Assembly: GCF_964355755.1 (NCBI RefSeq)
Contig: NC_092672.1
Coordinates: 30,076,437-30,140,436 of the forward strand
Origin: Antedon mediterranea
Lineage: Eukaryota > Animalia > Echinodermata
Direction of reading: 5' to 3'
DNA: 64,000 nucleotides
In this document: positions 23,125 through 37,900 of the stretch, in pieces
Layout of the letters: each line of letters opens with the position of its first letter
How positions within the stretch are numbered: the stretch's first letter is position 1
The notes under the pieces: generated by a model
Seen by the model: only the letters and a program-made list of their open reading frames with translations
What the model was told of the DNA's origin: nothing
Databases searched by the model: none
Program-made: the position numbers and the translations under genes

Positions 23125-25969
23125 TCTAGGCTTAACTTCACTGACAATAACACATTTTGAAGGTAGTAGGCCTGCATGATCTATATTTATTTAATCCGCC
23201 TATCTATCAAATTTGATCTAGGGTCTAGGCCCTGTTATGTCTAGGCTACATAGGCATCAGGACTAAACTAGACTGGTCTAGCCTAAGTCAGAGATAAGCT
23301 GGTTAGCCTGGCCATCGGGCCTACATCTGCCAGATATGTTGTTGTTGGCATATGAGTTGACATACCTTATTTCTAGTTTGGCAGTAATTGACTGCTTATG
23401 GTCTCTACATTTTAGTTTTGTACTTCAAATTTATAAACAATTATTACTTTCTTGAATTAATCATACCTTCTTTGCTGAACTTTTGTCGTCTGTTGCATGC
23501 TGCATGGCGCGCTCTTATTTGAAAAAAACTTGTTATTACTGTGCTCTGATTGGTTGAATATTTAGAGAATGTACATGTGACGTATGAAGACACTGGCGGC
23601 TAAGTATAAGCAAAGAACCCGTTATGTTCTTTGGTATAAAATTCAGATGTAAGGAATGATGAAGTAATTCTAAAAAATAAAACAAAATACCGACTCAATA
23701 AGTATTGCTTCTCTTTGTATTTCAATGACACTCGTTATCGTATTTAGAGTACATAAGACCTTATCTGTCTGTCTACACTATATCAAACTAGTTTGACAAA
23801 ACAAGTGTGATGTGCCCAAATATGGTAATGATATGCCCAAATATGGTAGTGATATAACATCATCATGTCCATATAAAGCACATTTTTATGTCGCATAAAG
23901 TTTGATAGTGTAGACAGAGCTTTTGTAGGCCTATTTAATTGCTGGCAAGAGGACGCTTCTTTTGCCAAAGATTTACTGATTTTCAATCATGTCCATGATT
24001 ATATATTATTACTAATAGGCCTACAGTAATGGTTTGGTTTATTGTTTAATAAATATTCTCTCTCAAAACCTTTTAATCCAATATTCGATTAATTTTGTTA
24101 AACACACAATTAAATAATTCAGTTCAGGTGGCATTGTAATATAAATTGTTCTGAATAATAAGACATATGCTTACGTCATGGGAAAGTCCCAAAAATTATT
24201 AGAGAAAATAATTCCATTATTATAATATACAAAACTAATACCACCACGACCTCGAGTTTGTTTTCTCTGTTACCGCACGCGATGCATTTTTTTTAAATGT
24301 CTTTTTAAATATCCAGGTCTTTCGACTGTAAATACTTAAAGTTTAGTTATTGCGACTCAGCGAGAATTATTAGTGAATTTCTATTAAGTCTTCAAGAACA
24401 GCATTAAGTAATATCTTAGGACCAGACGATTCGAGTGTAATGTTTGAGTAATAAAATATAGCTAGACTTACCCCCCCCCCCCCCCCACCCCACACCGCAC
24501 TTCCCGAATTATTCATATTTTGCTGTGTTCGCCCCCTCAAATGTTTTCATTTTTAGTTTATTCTTTTTAGGCCCAAGCCTTTTCTTTGTTGCATCCAAAG
24601 TAACAACAGACATATAGACATGTGTTTTGTAATATTCTTTATTTGTACATTGTTAGCGTTCAAAAACAAGCACTAGTAACGAAAACAAAGTTCATTGCAA
24701 ATTAAATAACATAAAAAATAGACAAAATTCCTTATAATATATTGTTGCATTTTTCCATTACATTCTAATTAAATAAACAAAGTAGGTCTAGTAAAATTAA
24801 ATCACATCCGTTTTCTTGTCCATGCTTTCTTTAAGGTCATATGTCAATATTATTTGCATAATGACAAGGTAAATCCGGGTATGTAAGTAAGTTTGCTTAC
24901 GTCATTTCCGCACATAACCAATCTTATTTTCCTTCAAAAATGCCATCACAAAACTGGGCAGAACATTGTGTAAAGAAAAAGTCAATTCCAAACATTTTAC
25001 ATTACAATTAAAATACAGAACAGAATTAGTTGGCATAAAATACATTTAAAATGCAGAAGTAGTCATTTTGTTGCAAAATGAGGTGGTAGTATTATATACT
25101 ACACTTTAAAATAATAAGATCAAAGCTACTATTCAAACAATTGGCACTAAGGCGATGTTGCATATTTTTACGTTGATCTAATTTTAAACCTAATATACAT
25201 TTTCTTTTGTTTTGAACTTTTTTTTGATACTTCCCCTAAACGCAATCTACTTATAAACCATAAATCGATGATTCCAGTTTAGTAGAATAGCCGTTACAAA
25301 TATAATAATATTCACTTAAACCCAAATTGTTTCACTTTCGCCCCCCAACGTCAAACTTTCTCTATTCTATAATATGGAACTGACTTTTTCTTTATAATTT
25401 CTACCGATTCAATTTTCATTGAAAATACTTTAGAATCAAGTGCGTGTACTTCACGACGAGCTTTAATTAATAGTTTGTCTTTTTCTTTAAATATTTTGGA
25501 TAATTCTTGTGGTAATATAACCTAAATCTCGTTCTTACAGAACACCAATCTACTGGCAATCCTGCTAACACATTACGTACTTTTGGAGAACACAAAACAC
25601 ATAAAACTGTAAACAATCTAACATCACATTCATAAAGAAAAAACTTAATCTATATCACACATTTTACACTTTAAAATGTATACGTATATTTGAGAAAACA
25701 AAATATATTATATATACTTTATATATATGAATTAGTTGTAATGCAACTGTAAAGGCAAAATAAACCGAATCAAAATAACCTCATAAAAAGAAGCAAATTG
25801 TTGTTAGACCTGCCACTTTATGTGTCATCCCCAAATATTAGGAAATACAGTACTGAAGTGGACACTCACAATTGTATTTTCAGGTGGTCTCTCTGTACAT
25901 GTAATCATAGCCATCAACACCACCCCCCCCCCCCCAACCAACTTCCACCTGGTGCACGTACGGTTAAAA

Positions 25970-26200
25970 TGTTACAGTATCATTTCTAGTGACAATAAAC
26001 AGCCAACAGTCTCGTGTCTGCTGGCGGCAATCCTTGTAAATTAGAGGACCACTAAATAACATTATAACACTCATGAGCCTCTCAGGCATTATTGCTAAAA
26101 GTAGGCATATGTATGATCTCCATGCTTAACGTTAGGAGTCAGCCGTCACCAGACACGATACTGCAGGCTGTTTATTGTCATTGGACTTGATACTATAAAC
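25970..26200. mobile_element. Foldback/MITE-like element
   Basis: Long imperfect inverted arms TGACAATAAACAGCC...TCGTGTCTG / CAGACACGA...GGCTGTTTATTGTCA. A related degraded copy lies at about 18170-18325. Confidence 0.6.
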
Positions 26201-28929
26201 TTTAAAAAAAATCCTGTTGATAGACTATTTGATTTAAAAAAGTACCTATATTGTGAAATTACATAATTTTGGAAATTTTAAATGACGTCATCCATCCACT
26301 TTGGTGAAGCAGATTTCAAAATGATCTGTTAGTGTTTTACTACGGATATAGATTGTATAGTATTATTTTATTATCAAAACAATTTGGTAGCAAATAAGTT
26401 TAATTAACAACGGACTGTATCACATGAGAAAAATGTGACACCGGTACTAAACTTACTAAACTGATTTGCTGGTTAGGGAGAACAGAAAGTGACAGTTTTG
26501 CAGACGGTACAGTGTAGTGCCAGTCACTTTTTTGGCGAACTTTCTTTACTGTACTATCTGAAATCACAGTCTTACGTCACGTTTAAAGATAATACATAAT
26601 CATAAATTAACCTACAGGATGCCCTACCATACCATGGAGCTATACAATTCATATTATAGCTCCATGATTCTACTGTCTACTCAGGGATAAATTTATCCAT
26701 GGTTTACCGTGTGAATCCGGTAATTATATATTTATTTGATAGATGAAAATGTTAAACCCTATCATAATCAAAACCACTTTATGGACCATGTAAAGAATTA
26801 TTCCACTGCAGTTACTTCAGTAATTACCTTTTGTTTATTCTTTAAAACAACCTTTTTTAGATAAACATACACACGTCTGTTTATTGCAAGGATAAAACTT
26901 CTTAATTGAAAACGTACGTTAGGATTGTTGTAAAACAATGTTATTTACTGCAGTAAACTGCAGTAGACTAATTTTGACATATTCCATTCTGCTATAGAAT
27001 TGTGCGTCATAAAAGTATTTAACTCGTAAATTATTCGTAAGTGTAAATAGACAAGGTGTATAAATAGACTTCTTTTTACTCCGACGTTTTCTTTGTTGAA
27101 CGCCCTTAAACTCACAACGGCATAATATAGCCGGAAATACAGTAATCTTAAAAACTAATATTTACAAAAATTCATACAATCTAATAATAGGGATTTTTTC
27201 TAAGAATTAACGGTAAAGTTTTCTTTCTCAAACTCATCTTGCGCTTCTTATTAGTCCCACTTTTGTTTAAAACAAACTCACACACGCATGCGTACTGTAT
27301 GTCTTTGACCCTGAATATGTGACGTCATAAACACCCCGAAGTAAAGTTCGCGTAAAAAGGCGGTGTTTCAAGATACATTATATGGGAAAACAGTAAAAAC
27401 ATGACTATTTATAGCGTAATTTCACACTTTAAATCTGATGTTTTTTCCCGCAATCTTAAGTTTCTGCATAGAAATTACAACTGAACCTATCCTTCGGGAA
27501 ACCTCTATTCATGGAACACTTATTTGAGGAGACTTTCCCATGAAACGAACAAGGGTAAATGGCGGCCAGTTCATTGGATACTCCTATTAAGAAGACACTG
27601 TTGGATCCCGAAAGGTGTACCCTTTCTACTTTCTACTGTAGGCCTATGTGCTTCATAAATAAAATTCTATTAGTTATACGCAATGTTCAATAATAATCTG
27701 TCTCAGAAATAAAATAATAATAATATTAGTAGGCCCACGCGAGGTCAATATTAAGTACTGATAACTATATTATTATCTAACTAGTCAATTCTACCGACTG
27801 AAATATTTTTTTCCTATCCTTCTCAAGCAAAAACCATGAATGATAAATTAAGATATTATATATAAGCATTTAGGCTCCTGTATTAAATAGGTTGTGTAAC
27901 AGGTTTCTGCAGCTGCTGTTTGGCTCAGTGGTATAGGCTTCAGGTTGTGGACATATCGACTTCTTCGGCGGGAGAAACATTATTACAAGATACGATAGTC
28001 GACCTGTTTCCTAATACAGGCCTTATCAAAATAATTGTGTTTAATGTGACGTCAGAAACACCCACAATTCCGCGTAATAATTCTTTTAACATAGGAAATA
28101 ATTATACTATGCATTATTCATGATTTTTGCCTTGACCAGATAGGAAAACAAATGCGTGTCGTCTAGCTTAACAAACAATGAAAGACTTTGGTGAGAATAG
28201 ACAACATAATGCATTTTATGCACTTTAAAGTTTAAATTCTTAACTACTTTCTGCTGTACATAGTGCATACATAAAATTAAAAGTGCAACAAACACTAACA
28301 TGACGTCATTGCTATATTAAGAAACAATTATATACACATATTGTATTGTTTTAAACATTGCTTTTTAAAACTTCAAATCTTTTAAATCTTTAATATAATA
28401 ATTATTTTTTTTCCTTTTCTCGCAATTTGTATAGCCTGCGTTTAAGCTTACACTATGTACACGGGTACGTCTGTTCCTATGCACCATAGTTAGCGATAAA
28501 TGTAAACCGTAAACCAACTTACTTGGGTATATAACTTAATCCTGAATAGGCCAATAGAGAAGAAGAGATTGTACTTATTATTTTATGCGATGAAGCAACA
28601 ACTCGATATTCTCTTCCATTTCAAAATGGAAAGAGTATGGCTATACTTGTTAAATAATTATATACATTTTGAGAGGTTAGTCGTAAGGTAGTACAGTCTT
28701 CAAGGCACTAAAGAGAGCAATTTTTATAGAGCTTTTCCGCGACACGTGTCAACTGAACATGACACTGAAAATACACTATATTTCTGTTTTTTTGTGGCGC
28801 AAAAATAAACAATTTAATTACAAAATTCATAGAACTTGTTAAAATCTAGAAATACTCTTTTCTTGTAAAACGGCCACAGGTTTACACTTCATTAAGTATC
28901 GGCAATTACGGCCCGGCCACACACACGAA

Positions 28930-31900
28930 TTAGGCTCGTATCGTCGTCGTCTTTGGAGGTGGAGTGGTTTGTATGACTGTCGTTGTAGGCGGCGGCGGTG
29001 GTGGTGGTGGTGCTTGTGGAGTAGTGGTTCCTCCACCGGTAGTACTAACTACACCGCTTGCTACTGGGTTCGTAGTAGTTCGAGGACGGCTGTCACATTC
29101 CCCGTCTTGACAGGCCTGGCAAAGTGCGGCGTTGTGCTGTGTACGGGGTTTGCCTGCCCTACGATCATATCTCATCGGAGGTTTTACAAACCCATAATAG
29201 GCCTGATAAAGAGAAAAGAAATAACATTATTATATCATTATCAATCAATACTCCGTACACCCATGTATGGCCTTTCCTCGTCATCCTCTGAAGCTTTGCT
29301 TTCTTTTAGGCTCCTCCACTTTATATTTATATATTTGTAAAGTGAAATAAATAAATAAATGAAATGAAATGAAATGAAGAAGAAGTGCCTTTCGTTTGAT
29401 GCAACACGTCTAGTTAAAACTCATACAGGGTACGTTGGACGCAACACGTCTATTTAACTAAACCATCGACGTTTGACGCAGCACGTCTATTTTGACTAAG
29501 CTCATACAAGGTACGTCGTTGGACGCAACACGTCTATTTGACTAAGCTCTTACAAGGTATAACGTTGGACGCAACACGTCTATTCAACTAAACCCTCAAC
29601 GTTTGACGCAAAACGTCTAGTTAACAAAACTCATACAAGATACGTTGGACGCAACACGTCTATTTAACTAAACCCTCGACGTTTGACGCAACACGTCTAT
29701 TTGACTAAGTTCATACAAGATACGTTTGACGCAACAGGTCTATTTTGTTAACCAATTTTTCATCGAATAATCATTATAACAAGAACCAATTCTTACTCAT
29801 AGTGTGTCATCGTAATAGCATTTATCTTTTAAGGTGCCCTATTTCGATGAACTGGCGTACGTGCTACATGCGTTTCACCACTAGTTAGCTGACAGTTTTC
29901 TTGGCGACTCTAACATGACTCATTTTTAGAATTTGTGTTTTTCTTTCAAAATAAAATGTGTCGGTTAACTACTAAGGCAGAAATTAGGGAGCTTTCGATT
30001 TTCAACGATCTACAAAATAGTTACGTCATGTTAAAATGCGCATGCATAAAAAATTCTCACTTGATTCCTTGACAATTTGGAGTATTCTAGGGCTGCGGTA
30101 TGCGAATGACGCGGACGTAGATGATCCGTCGCAAACTAACTAGCTTAGCAATTTAGTAGTTACAACGATATAGCATTATGCGACCTATATAAATGTAAAT
30201 CTATACAAATGTAAGTAGGTACACGAACTTTGCAAGTCTAGTGAGTTTTGACTTGAGTATTATTAAAAAGATGAATGTTTTTGCACAAATGGCGTTTCAT
30301 ACCTATACTACTAAATCTATCACTTTGCATTCTTTTGATGGTTTTACGGACTCGACGTAACGTGTGCAGAAAGCTAAGAGGGTTATCTAAGCATAATAAC
30401 TCCTTCCTTAAATAAACGATAGCAACGAGGCAAAGTTACTCAAAACTATGAACGAACAAAATTATAATAAATCCACGTGTCTCACCTGGCCAATCCTGTT
30501 GTACAGATTACATAAAACCTTGTTGACTTCTTCTGGATACCACATGGCGGTCTCATACATTCCGTTATTGCACCTTTGACATTGCTGGCCATACAGTTTA
30601 AAATGTACAAATCCTTCATAATAAGGATAATTAAGAAAATACCAGAATACAACACGACCTTTCATGGAAGTCCATCCGTGGCCACATGTCTAAAGAAAAT
30701 CAAACATTAAACAATTGTTACTGTTAGGACTACTTGTCAGATGAACCGACTTCTCAATTGAGATATATTCCAAACTCTGACGTGGTTGTGTTCGGAATAC
30801 CGACACAGTCGGAATTTTGAACACGACTAGATTTTTTAAAATGTTATACAAATCCAATTATAAGTACTGTTCACCAGATGATCGGTTATTGTAAAGCTCT
30901 TTGATCATTGTAAAGGCGCTATAGAAAATGATGTCAATGTAATGAATTACAAAATTGATAAACTATATCATTAGGCTTAGGGATGGAGTAACAAGAGTGA
31001 GTGAGTTACAATCTTAGCAGTGAGGTTGGGATTGGAAACAAACGATCATGCATGATACAGCTCTACTACCACTACGGAGGCGCCTCAGTCCGGGATGACC
31101 GGGACACAACTGGTGTTGACCGGGGTTCAATTAGACCAATCATTGGTTAGCGACGAGGGCGTATCTCCTTCCTTCGGTTGCGGGGATTTTTTTTTCGGCA
31201 TGGTTGGAATCCCTTTTATCGTATTAGTGTATGTACAGCGCCTGGAGGTTTCACAACATTAGGCGCTATATAAATCCAGGATATTATTATTATTAAGTTA
31301 GGCACCAACCCCGGCACCAACATTTTCGGGTCAACAACAGTAATTATACCAACCAGATTTGTAACGATTTATAATACAATCTACATGATAAATGTATATA
31401 TAATATTAAAAGCAAAAGCAAGTTTATACTTGAATTGAAGTATTACTATTGATATAATACTGATAGCAATTTCTTTATGTTTCACTTTGTAATATCCTGT
31501 TTAATTTTTGGTATTAATTCACGTGTCCACCATGCGATATGTTTATATCAATTTATAAAAAAAAAAAATGTTATGTAGACTTGTCCTAGTTGTTTATCGA
31601 AGCGTTCATTACAAAAACACTTGATCACAATCGTCGGGCCATGATTTCATTATTAACGCTTCATGACTGATAATTGTGGTAAACGCATTTATTTGACCTA
31701 AATATCCTCATCTATCGGCGGTTTATCTTATGTTTCTTATGTTGCTATTCACTTACAATACAATATATACAGCGCAGCCGTGCCGATATAACATTATATT
31801 TTCTTACTAATATGAGTAGGATTATTGTAAAAGCTCGGTTCCTACAAGGACGCAAACGCAAGTACGTAAGCGCAACGCAAGTGGGTTGACCAATAACGGC

Positions 31901-34900
31901 AGACTGTCGCTTATGTAGTATATTGGTAAACACACTTGCGTTGCGCTTACGTCATTACGTACTAGTGGAAACCAAGCTTTGCTTGTTCGTTGTTTGTTTG
32001 ATTATTTCATTGTTCATACGTAGGCCTACATTCATTAAAATATATAAATGATTACCATGCGTCTATATGATCCCACACAGTGGAAAGTAATAATGGATTA
32101 AGAGAGACCCCCTCCCCGCCAACACACCTTCTCTGTAGTAGTTGAAAATGTATATCCGAACAAATAATTGCCTTCTGCACCGTGTGTATCGCGTCCGTTT
32201 TTTCAACATATCCCATAGTTAAAATCTTTTGGTATAAACTCTCAAGTCTTTTGAGAACCATAATTTTAAAGCATGTCTCTGGAGATTCGACAAAGGTTTA
32301 GCGGCAGAAAATGTGGGCCTATAGCAATGTGGGCCTATAGCAATGTGGGCCTATATCAATGTGGGCCTATAGCAATGTGGGCCTATAGCAATGTGGGCCT
32401 ATAACAATGTGGGCCTATATCAATGTGGGCCTATATCAATGTGGGCCTATAGCAATGTGGGCCTATATCAATGTGGGCCTATAACAATGTGGGCCTATAG
32501 CAATGTGGGCCTATAACAATGTGAGCCTATAACAATGTGGGCCTATAGCAATGTGGGCCTATATCAATGTGAGCCTATAACAATGTTATTCGAAATAACA
32601 CCAATAGAATACAATAATAACCAGCTTTTGTGTATAATTCACATCCGGGTAGAACCCTGGATACGTATATTATTATAATCTTTAATATTACCGCCATGTT
32701 TTATAATGAACCGAAGGTCTAAAATAGGGAGTTTTCGATTTGGCGCCGATCTGGGACTTAGTAGTATTGTTGCCGTCATGTGGATATCTTTTGATTCAAA
32801 TACGACCAGCATAAATGAACTTCGTATTGTAATCTAAAATCCATCCAGGAAATTAGCTTAAGTGTATACAGCACACAGTTTAGCATGATGGTGTTGGCTG
32901 TACGCACGCACGCACGCACGCGTGGATATTGTTGCTTCGTGAGCTACGTATACTGACGTCATAGGCACATTACTTTACCCTTGTTCTTTAAACTATTTTA
33001 ATTTTATTTTATCTATGGCAAGTTTTATAATTTAAAGTACCTTTCCTTCTTATTTGAAACACCATTAAGGCCAATTTACACAGACGAGTAGAAAGACGGT
33101 AAGCTGAATACCGCGTAGCTTGTTCCACGTTAAATCTTGTCTCTCTGAGTGGTTTTCCGCTCAGCGATTTGTGTAAATGGTCATAATATAAGAAATAACA
33201 TATATTTTTATATATTCATATACTTTTTTCCGCTTACTATTTACCGCTTACCGTTACCACTCGTCTTTGTAAATTGGTCAATACGATAGGGACACTTCCC
33301 CGCGAAAGGAACGAGGCGTAATATGTTTCAACACTTCGACCAACCCCTATTTAGAGGACATCCCTATTCTTCATTCATTTTTCTGGGTCTCGAATGATTC
33401 CTCTTAATATGGGTTACTAGTTTATCACACTGCAATACGTTAATCTTTAAATAGCTCCCTCATCGACTGGGAAGTTTTATAATTTGAGAATCAGTGTTCG
33501 TAACAAACATAGAGTACCGTGACCTATTTAAATAAAAAAAGAGTAATCTAAACGTTTATTGTAGTTTTTAATGATGTTGGTTTTGTAAAACCGGAAGGGA
33601 AACAGGAAAGTGCATTATATACAATAATTTATTATAAATAATACTAAAGCTGTGGTTTCTTCAGGTTCTCACAAAATCGAAAGTTGTTTATGTAAAGAAT
33701 CAATAGAAAACTGTCTTACCTGGCAACAGAAACGAACTTTCGCACTATCTTTAAAGCGTTTCCACCTCGGACTAGGGGAGCCTGGCGTCGGTACCAAGTA
33801 CCATATGTGCGGGAGGAAAGGAGAAAACACTTTGGCAAATTCTCCATGCCAGATCTCATCCATCCTACCAGAAAAAAATATAATTGAAAAATATTTGTAA
33901 AAATAGATACAGTAGAATTCCTGCTTTGGGACAACCATATTCCGGGGAGCCTTTCCCACGATCCCATGGTGACCACAACGTATACCATGATCTGCATGTC
34001 CTAAAACGGTTGTTACTTTTATTTATTTTTATTTTTTTTTAAGATGGGCCGAAGGCTTTTTCTTACAAGAAGTAAAACAAATATTAAGATTAATGAAAAT
34101 CAATACGAACAAATCTATATTTTAATATCGGTCAACCCATCCATGTGCAGGAGACATCCCTAATATAAGAAATAAAAAATTGAAGATAATATATTTTAAA
34201 AATATATTTTTGTTGTTGAATATGCAATTTTAATGTCACATAGGCCTAATAGTTATTCACATTGACCAAAAACTGGATCGAAGTGAAATAATTATTTTTG
34301 TTTTTCTACAGAATTTTCTCATTTCTTTAAAATATAGGAATAGTATAATAGCCTAAAGACAGTAAAATCATAGAAATTGATTTCTATATTTAAAAACAAA
34401 TCAAACTTTTGATCCCCAAAAATGGTAAGCTTAGGAAACGTGTTATTTTGAATAGAAGGAATGCGCATGCAAATAATCAATCAATCAATCAATCGTTCGA
34501 TTTATATAGCGCCATTCCAACATTCATTGCTCATGGCGCTGTAAAAAATCAGAAAAGGTGAGTTTTGAGTAGTGACTTAAAGTTTCAATAATGATGTGTG
34601 TTTAATGTTCAAGGGTAGGTGGTTCCAGAGCCTAGGTCCAGCAACACTGAAAGTCCGATCTCCCCAACTATGTTTGCTCCTTGGAATGTCCAGTAGCACC
34701 TGATGACTAGATCTTAGTTCAATGCAACAGGAAAACATACAACTCGGTTCATATTAAATGTCAGACTGATAGCTAATTTAACAAAGAAAGAAATGAATAA
34801 AAAGACAAAGTTTAACCAAAATCGAATGCATTTAATACATGCGCAGCGGTCGGCGATTTAGTTCTATTAAGGCAAATAAGGCACGATTTACAAATCGTTT

Positions 34901-37900
34901 CTTTCCAGGAGCTATTGGAGCCTTAGACATAATGTAGACACTTTTTTGTAATGTTTTTGTTTTTGAGTTCGTATTGTGTCCGTTGGATATTGTGCTCCGC
35001 CAACAGAGCAAACAGAATTTCTCTAAGTTTTTTCTTAAAACAAATGATAATAAATGATACTTGACTTGATATAAATAAATCAATTTCAATATAACAATAT
35101 ACAAGAAAATAAGAACACAATTACAAGCAAATTCTAGAAATTTAAAAGGGTAAACTTCATTAAAAGCAGATGATAACAGATTGAAGATTAACAAAAATGT
35201 AATATATAAATAAATCAATTCCAACAACACAAGACAATAAAATCAAAATTACAAGAAAATTCTAGTTAAAAAAGTAACCATCATTAAAAGCAGAACGTAA
35301 GAGATCAAAGATTAACAAAAATACAATGTATGTATTACATAAATAACTAACCGCCCACCTTTACAAGTTATTATTTAAAAACCTTTTGTTGGTGTAGTGC
35401 GTATCAGTACCATTCACTATACTAATATTAATAAATGGGAACATCCCCTAGATTTTCTAAAAATGGTGTAATTGTGAACTGAATAAAGTGTTATACTATA
35501 GCTATGCTGATTTGTGATTGTTAAAAGGTAAATAAAGAAATTCCACAAAAGAAACAACCAGCTACCTTTTCATGTTGTCATTTTTTTCGATTCAATCCTG
35601 CCTTCAAGGTAAATATAAATAATGTTCTATTTAGTATAAACCTTGATCTTAATAACTATTAAATGACTATGAAAATGATATCTTGAGTAGTATACCATCA
35701 AACTAGTTTGAAAAAAATTTCACATTTTTCGTCGACATAAAGTTTGATAGTGTAGACAGAGCCTAAGGCCCACGATTGGCATAGGATACATCCGCAATGT
35801 TCATGGTGTCATTTTGATTTAATAAAACCAGAGTGGTGTAAACTCTTTGACGTGTCAATGTCCAATTAATGAACAACCAATTAAATAATTATTATTTCGG
35901 GTTTAAAGTTCATACGTGCTGGTATAAACTAGATTAAATGTTTCAACAGCAAAGTACCAATACAAAAATAACTTAATTTGAATTTTCATTAAAATTAGCC
36001 TATATTTATTTACGTGATCTTTATTAAGAACCTGTATTTCAAATCAATTAAAAATATTATATTATATGAAGATCTTTTTCTATAATAATAACAATAATTG
36101 ATATCTTGAGAAATGGGTACCGTATACCTTAACTTTAAGCAAAACTTGTAGGGTTCAAACAACATGATATTAGAAAGGTAAAGCCTTGTCTACACTATCA
36201 AACTTTATGTGACAACAAAATATGATGTGCCCAATGGGCATGATGATGTCATATCACTACCACATTTGGCCATATCACTACCATATCACACTTTTTTGTC
36301 AAACCAGTTTAATAGTGTATACATAGTTTTAATAGAAAAGAAAACGAAATAAATGTATAAACGTTGACAATTATAACTTAACTTACTAATTATTTAACAT
36401 ATAATAGTAATTAGCAGCAGCAATGAATTGGTGTAAATTAAAATAATTTATCATTATTTATTTGAGATCATGCTTGCCAACACATACGGTACATACAACA
36501 TTGCTTATTCCATATTTTGCAAGAACCACGTTAAAAGTAGCTCCTCTATTTTCAACATCTATTTCTTTACCAGATGTAGATTTCTTAAATTTGTTTTTCT
36601 TTTGTAAAATGTTAGATAAATAATTGAGCGAAACCAAACAAGGTTTTTATCAATAAAATAATTATAAAGACGTTATTGTTCTTTAATTAATTAATTATCA
36701 ATTTCCACGATCAGTTTCAGATGTGTCGTGCATCAACTATATTCAATAATCTCAAGCTTCCTACCATTTCTCTAAACAAAGCGTATAACGATGCGTTCCT
36801 TGGATTTTTAAATATGTTACGAATTGGAAAGGAAGTTAAGCTTTATTAGGCACAGAAACACTTCCGTTAAGTTAGTAGGCCAACTAACAAAATGGTTTGT
36901 TTTCGTACGATCTTTCATTATTCAATTCTAATTTCTAGGCCTATTTATTTCTTCTTTATACTGTGTAACCTCCAGTATAAAAATGTTCTTCCACCCAGAG
37001 CCAAGTGTATAGAAGTACTATGCATGCAGCACACCGCGCGAAGATTTGAAAGTGTACCAGTTCTGTGACCGTGCACATGCGCAATATGTGTACACGGGAC
37101 CACTTGCTTTATATCCCCACCAGAAGAGGCATGCAATGCAATTATAGTATCTTTCGCATAAAGCTTGGTTCCCACTAGGACGCAGCAACGTATGGACGTA
37201 AACTCAACGCAAGCAATGGCAAAGCGACAGTTCGAATAATCCATTAATTGCGATTGGTCAAATTACGTTGCGTTGCGTATACGTCCCCGAGTTGCATCCT
37301 AGTAGGATTCAAGATTTAGGATACAACAAATATGGCACCGACAGTCCTCGAACACTTTCACATGCTAGTCCGATATTTTATATCACGTCGTATTGTAGTT
37401 ACGGCAACGTAAGTTAAGAAATATAAGATAATATTACAATTATGATCAAAATACTTTTTGTTTCGTATCATATTCAGGGAATTCTATACTGCATCACAAA
37501 TATCAATCTTGTCATTGTCATATTACTAAATTGAGGGGAAATATTTGAAATCTAAATAATCTAGACAATAACGTTTATGATAATAGTTAGCCGGTATCAC
37601 ATCATATTTATTTGTGGCGTCTTGAATTTTCTATTGTTTACTGTAAAATATAAACCTGAACTGAAATGATAAATGAGATTTGGCTCCGTGAAAATAAGAT
37701 ATCCTCTATTTGTAACATTAAAAAAAGTCGTGCAGAACCGCCACTTTAAACAAATTATTTCACAGTCGTACTGCTTTGACAGTCGTACTGCTTCACATCT
37801 GGGAAAAATAATGGGGGGAGGGGGGTTCCTAGTATCACTGTTACTTTGAAGGCTGATGGTTTATATCAGTTTGTTTTTCAACGGACATTTTCATTTTACA

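Noticed and set aside
28969-29340. 123-aa plus-strand ORF with Arg/Trp runs, and the 65-aa His/Arg-rich ORF at 28839-29036
   Set aside because: These are antisense and alternative-frame shadows of the Pro/Thr-rich last exon of the 3CxxC gene.
29394-29745. CRISPR array
   Set aside because: The spacers are short and homologous in two classes, it lies in a eukaryotic intron, and there are no cas genes.
34832-35230. 132-aa hydrophobic minus-strand ORF and the many other 60-100 aa ORFs in the track
   Set aside because: They are low-complexity AT-rich intronic or repeat sequence, often with non-ATG starts, with no recognisable domain or splice-consistent links.
36335-36349. ISRE/IRF-like GAAAAGAAAACGAAA in intron 1 of the RTP-like gene
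   Set aside because: It is a single A-rich match next to a MITE and is expected by chance in this base composition.
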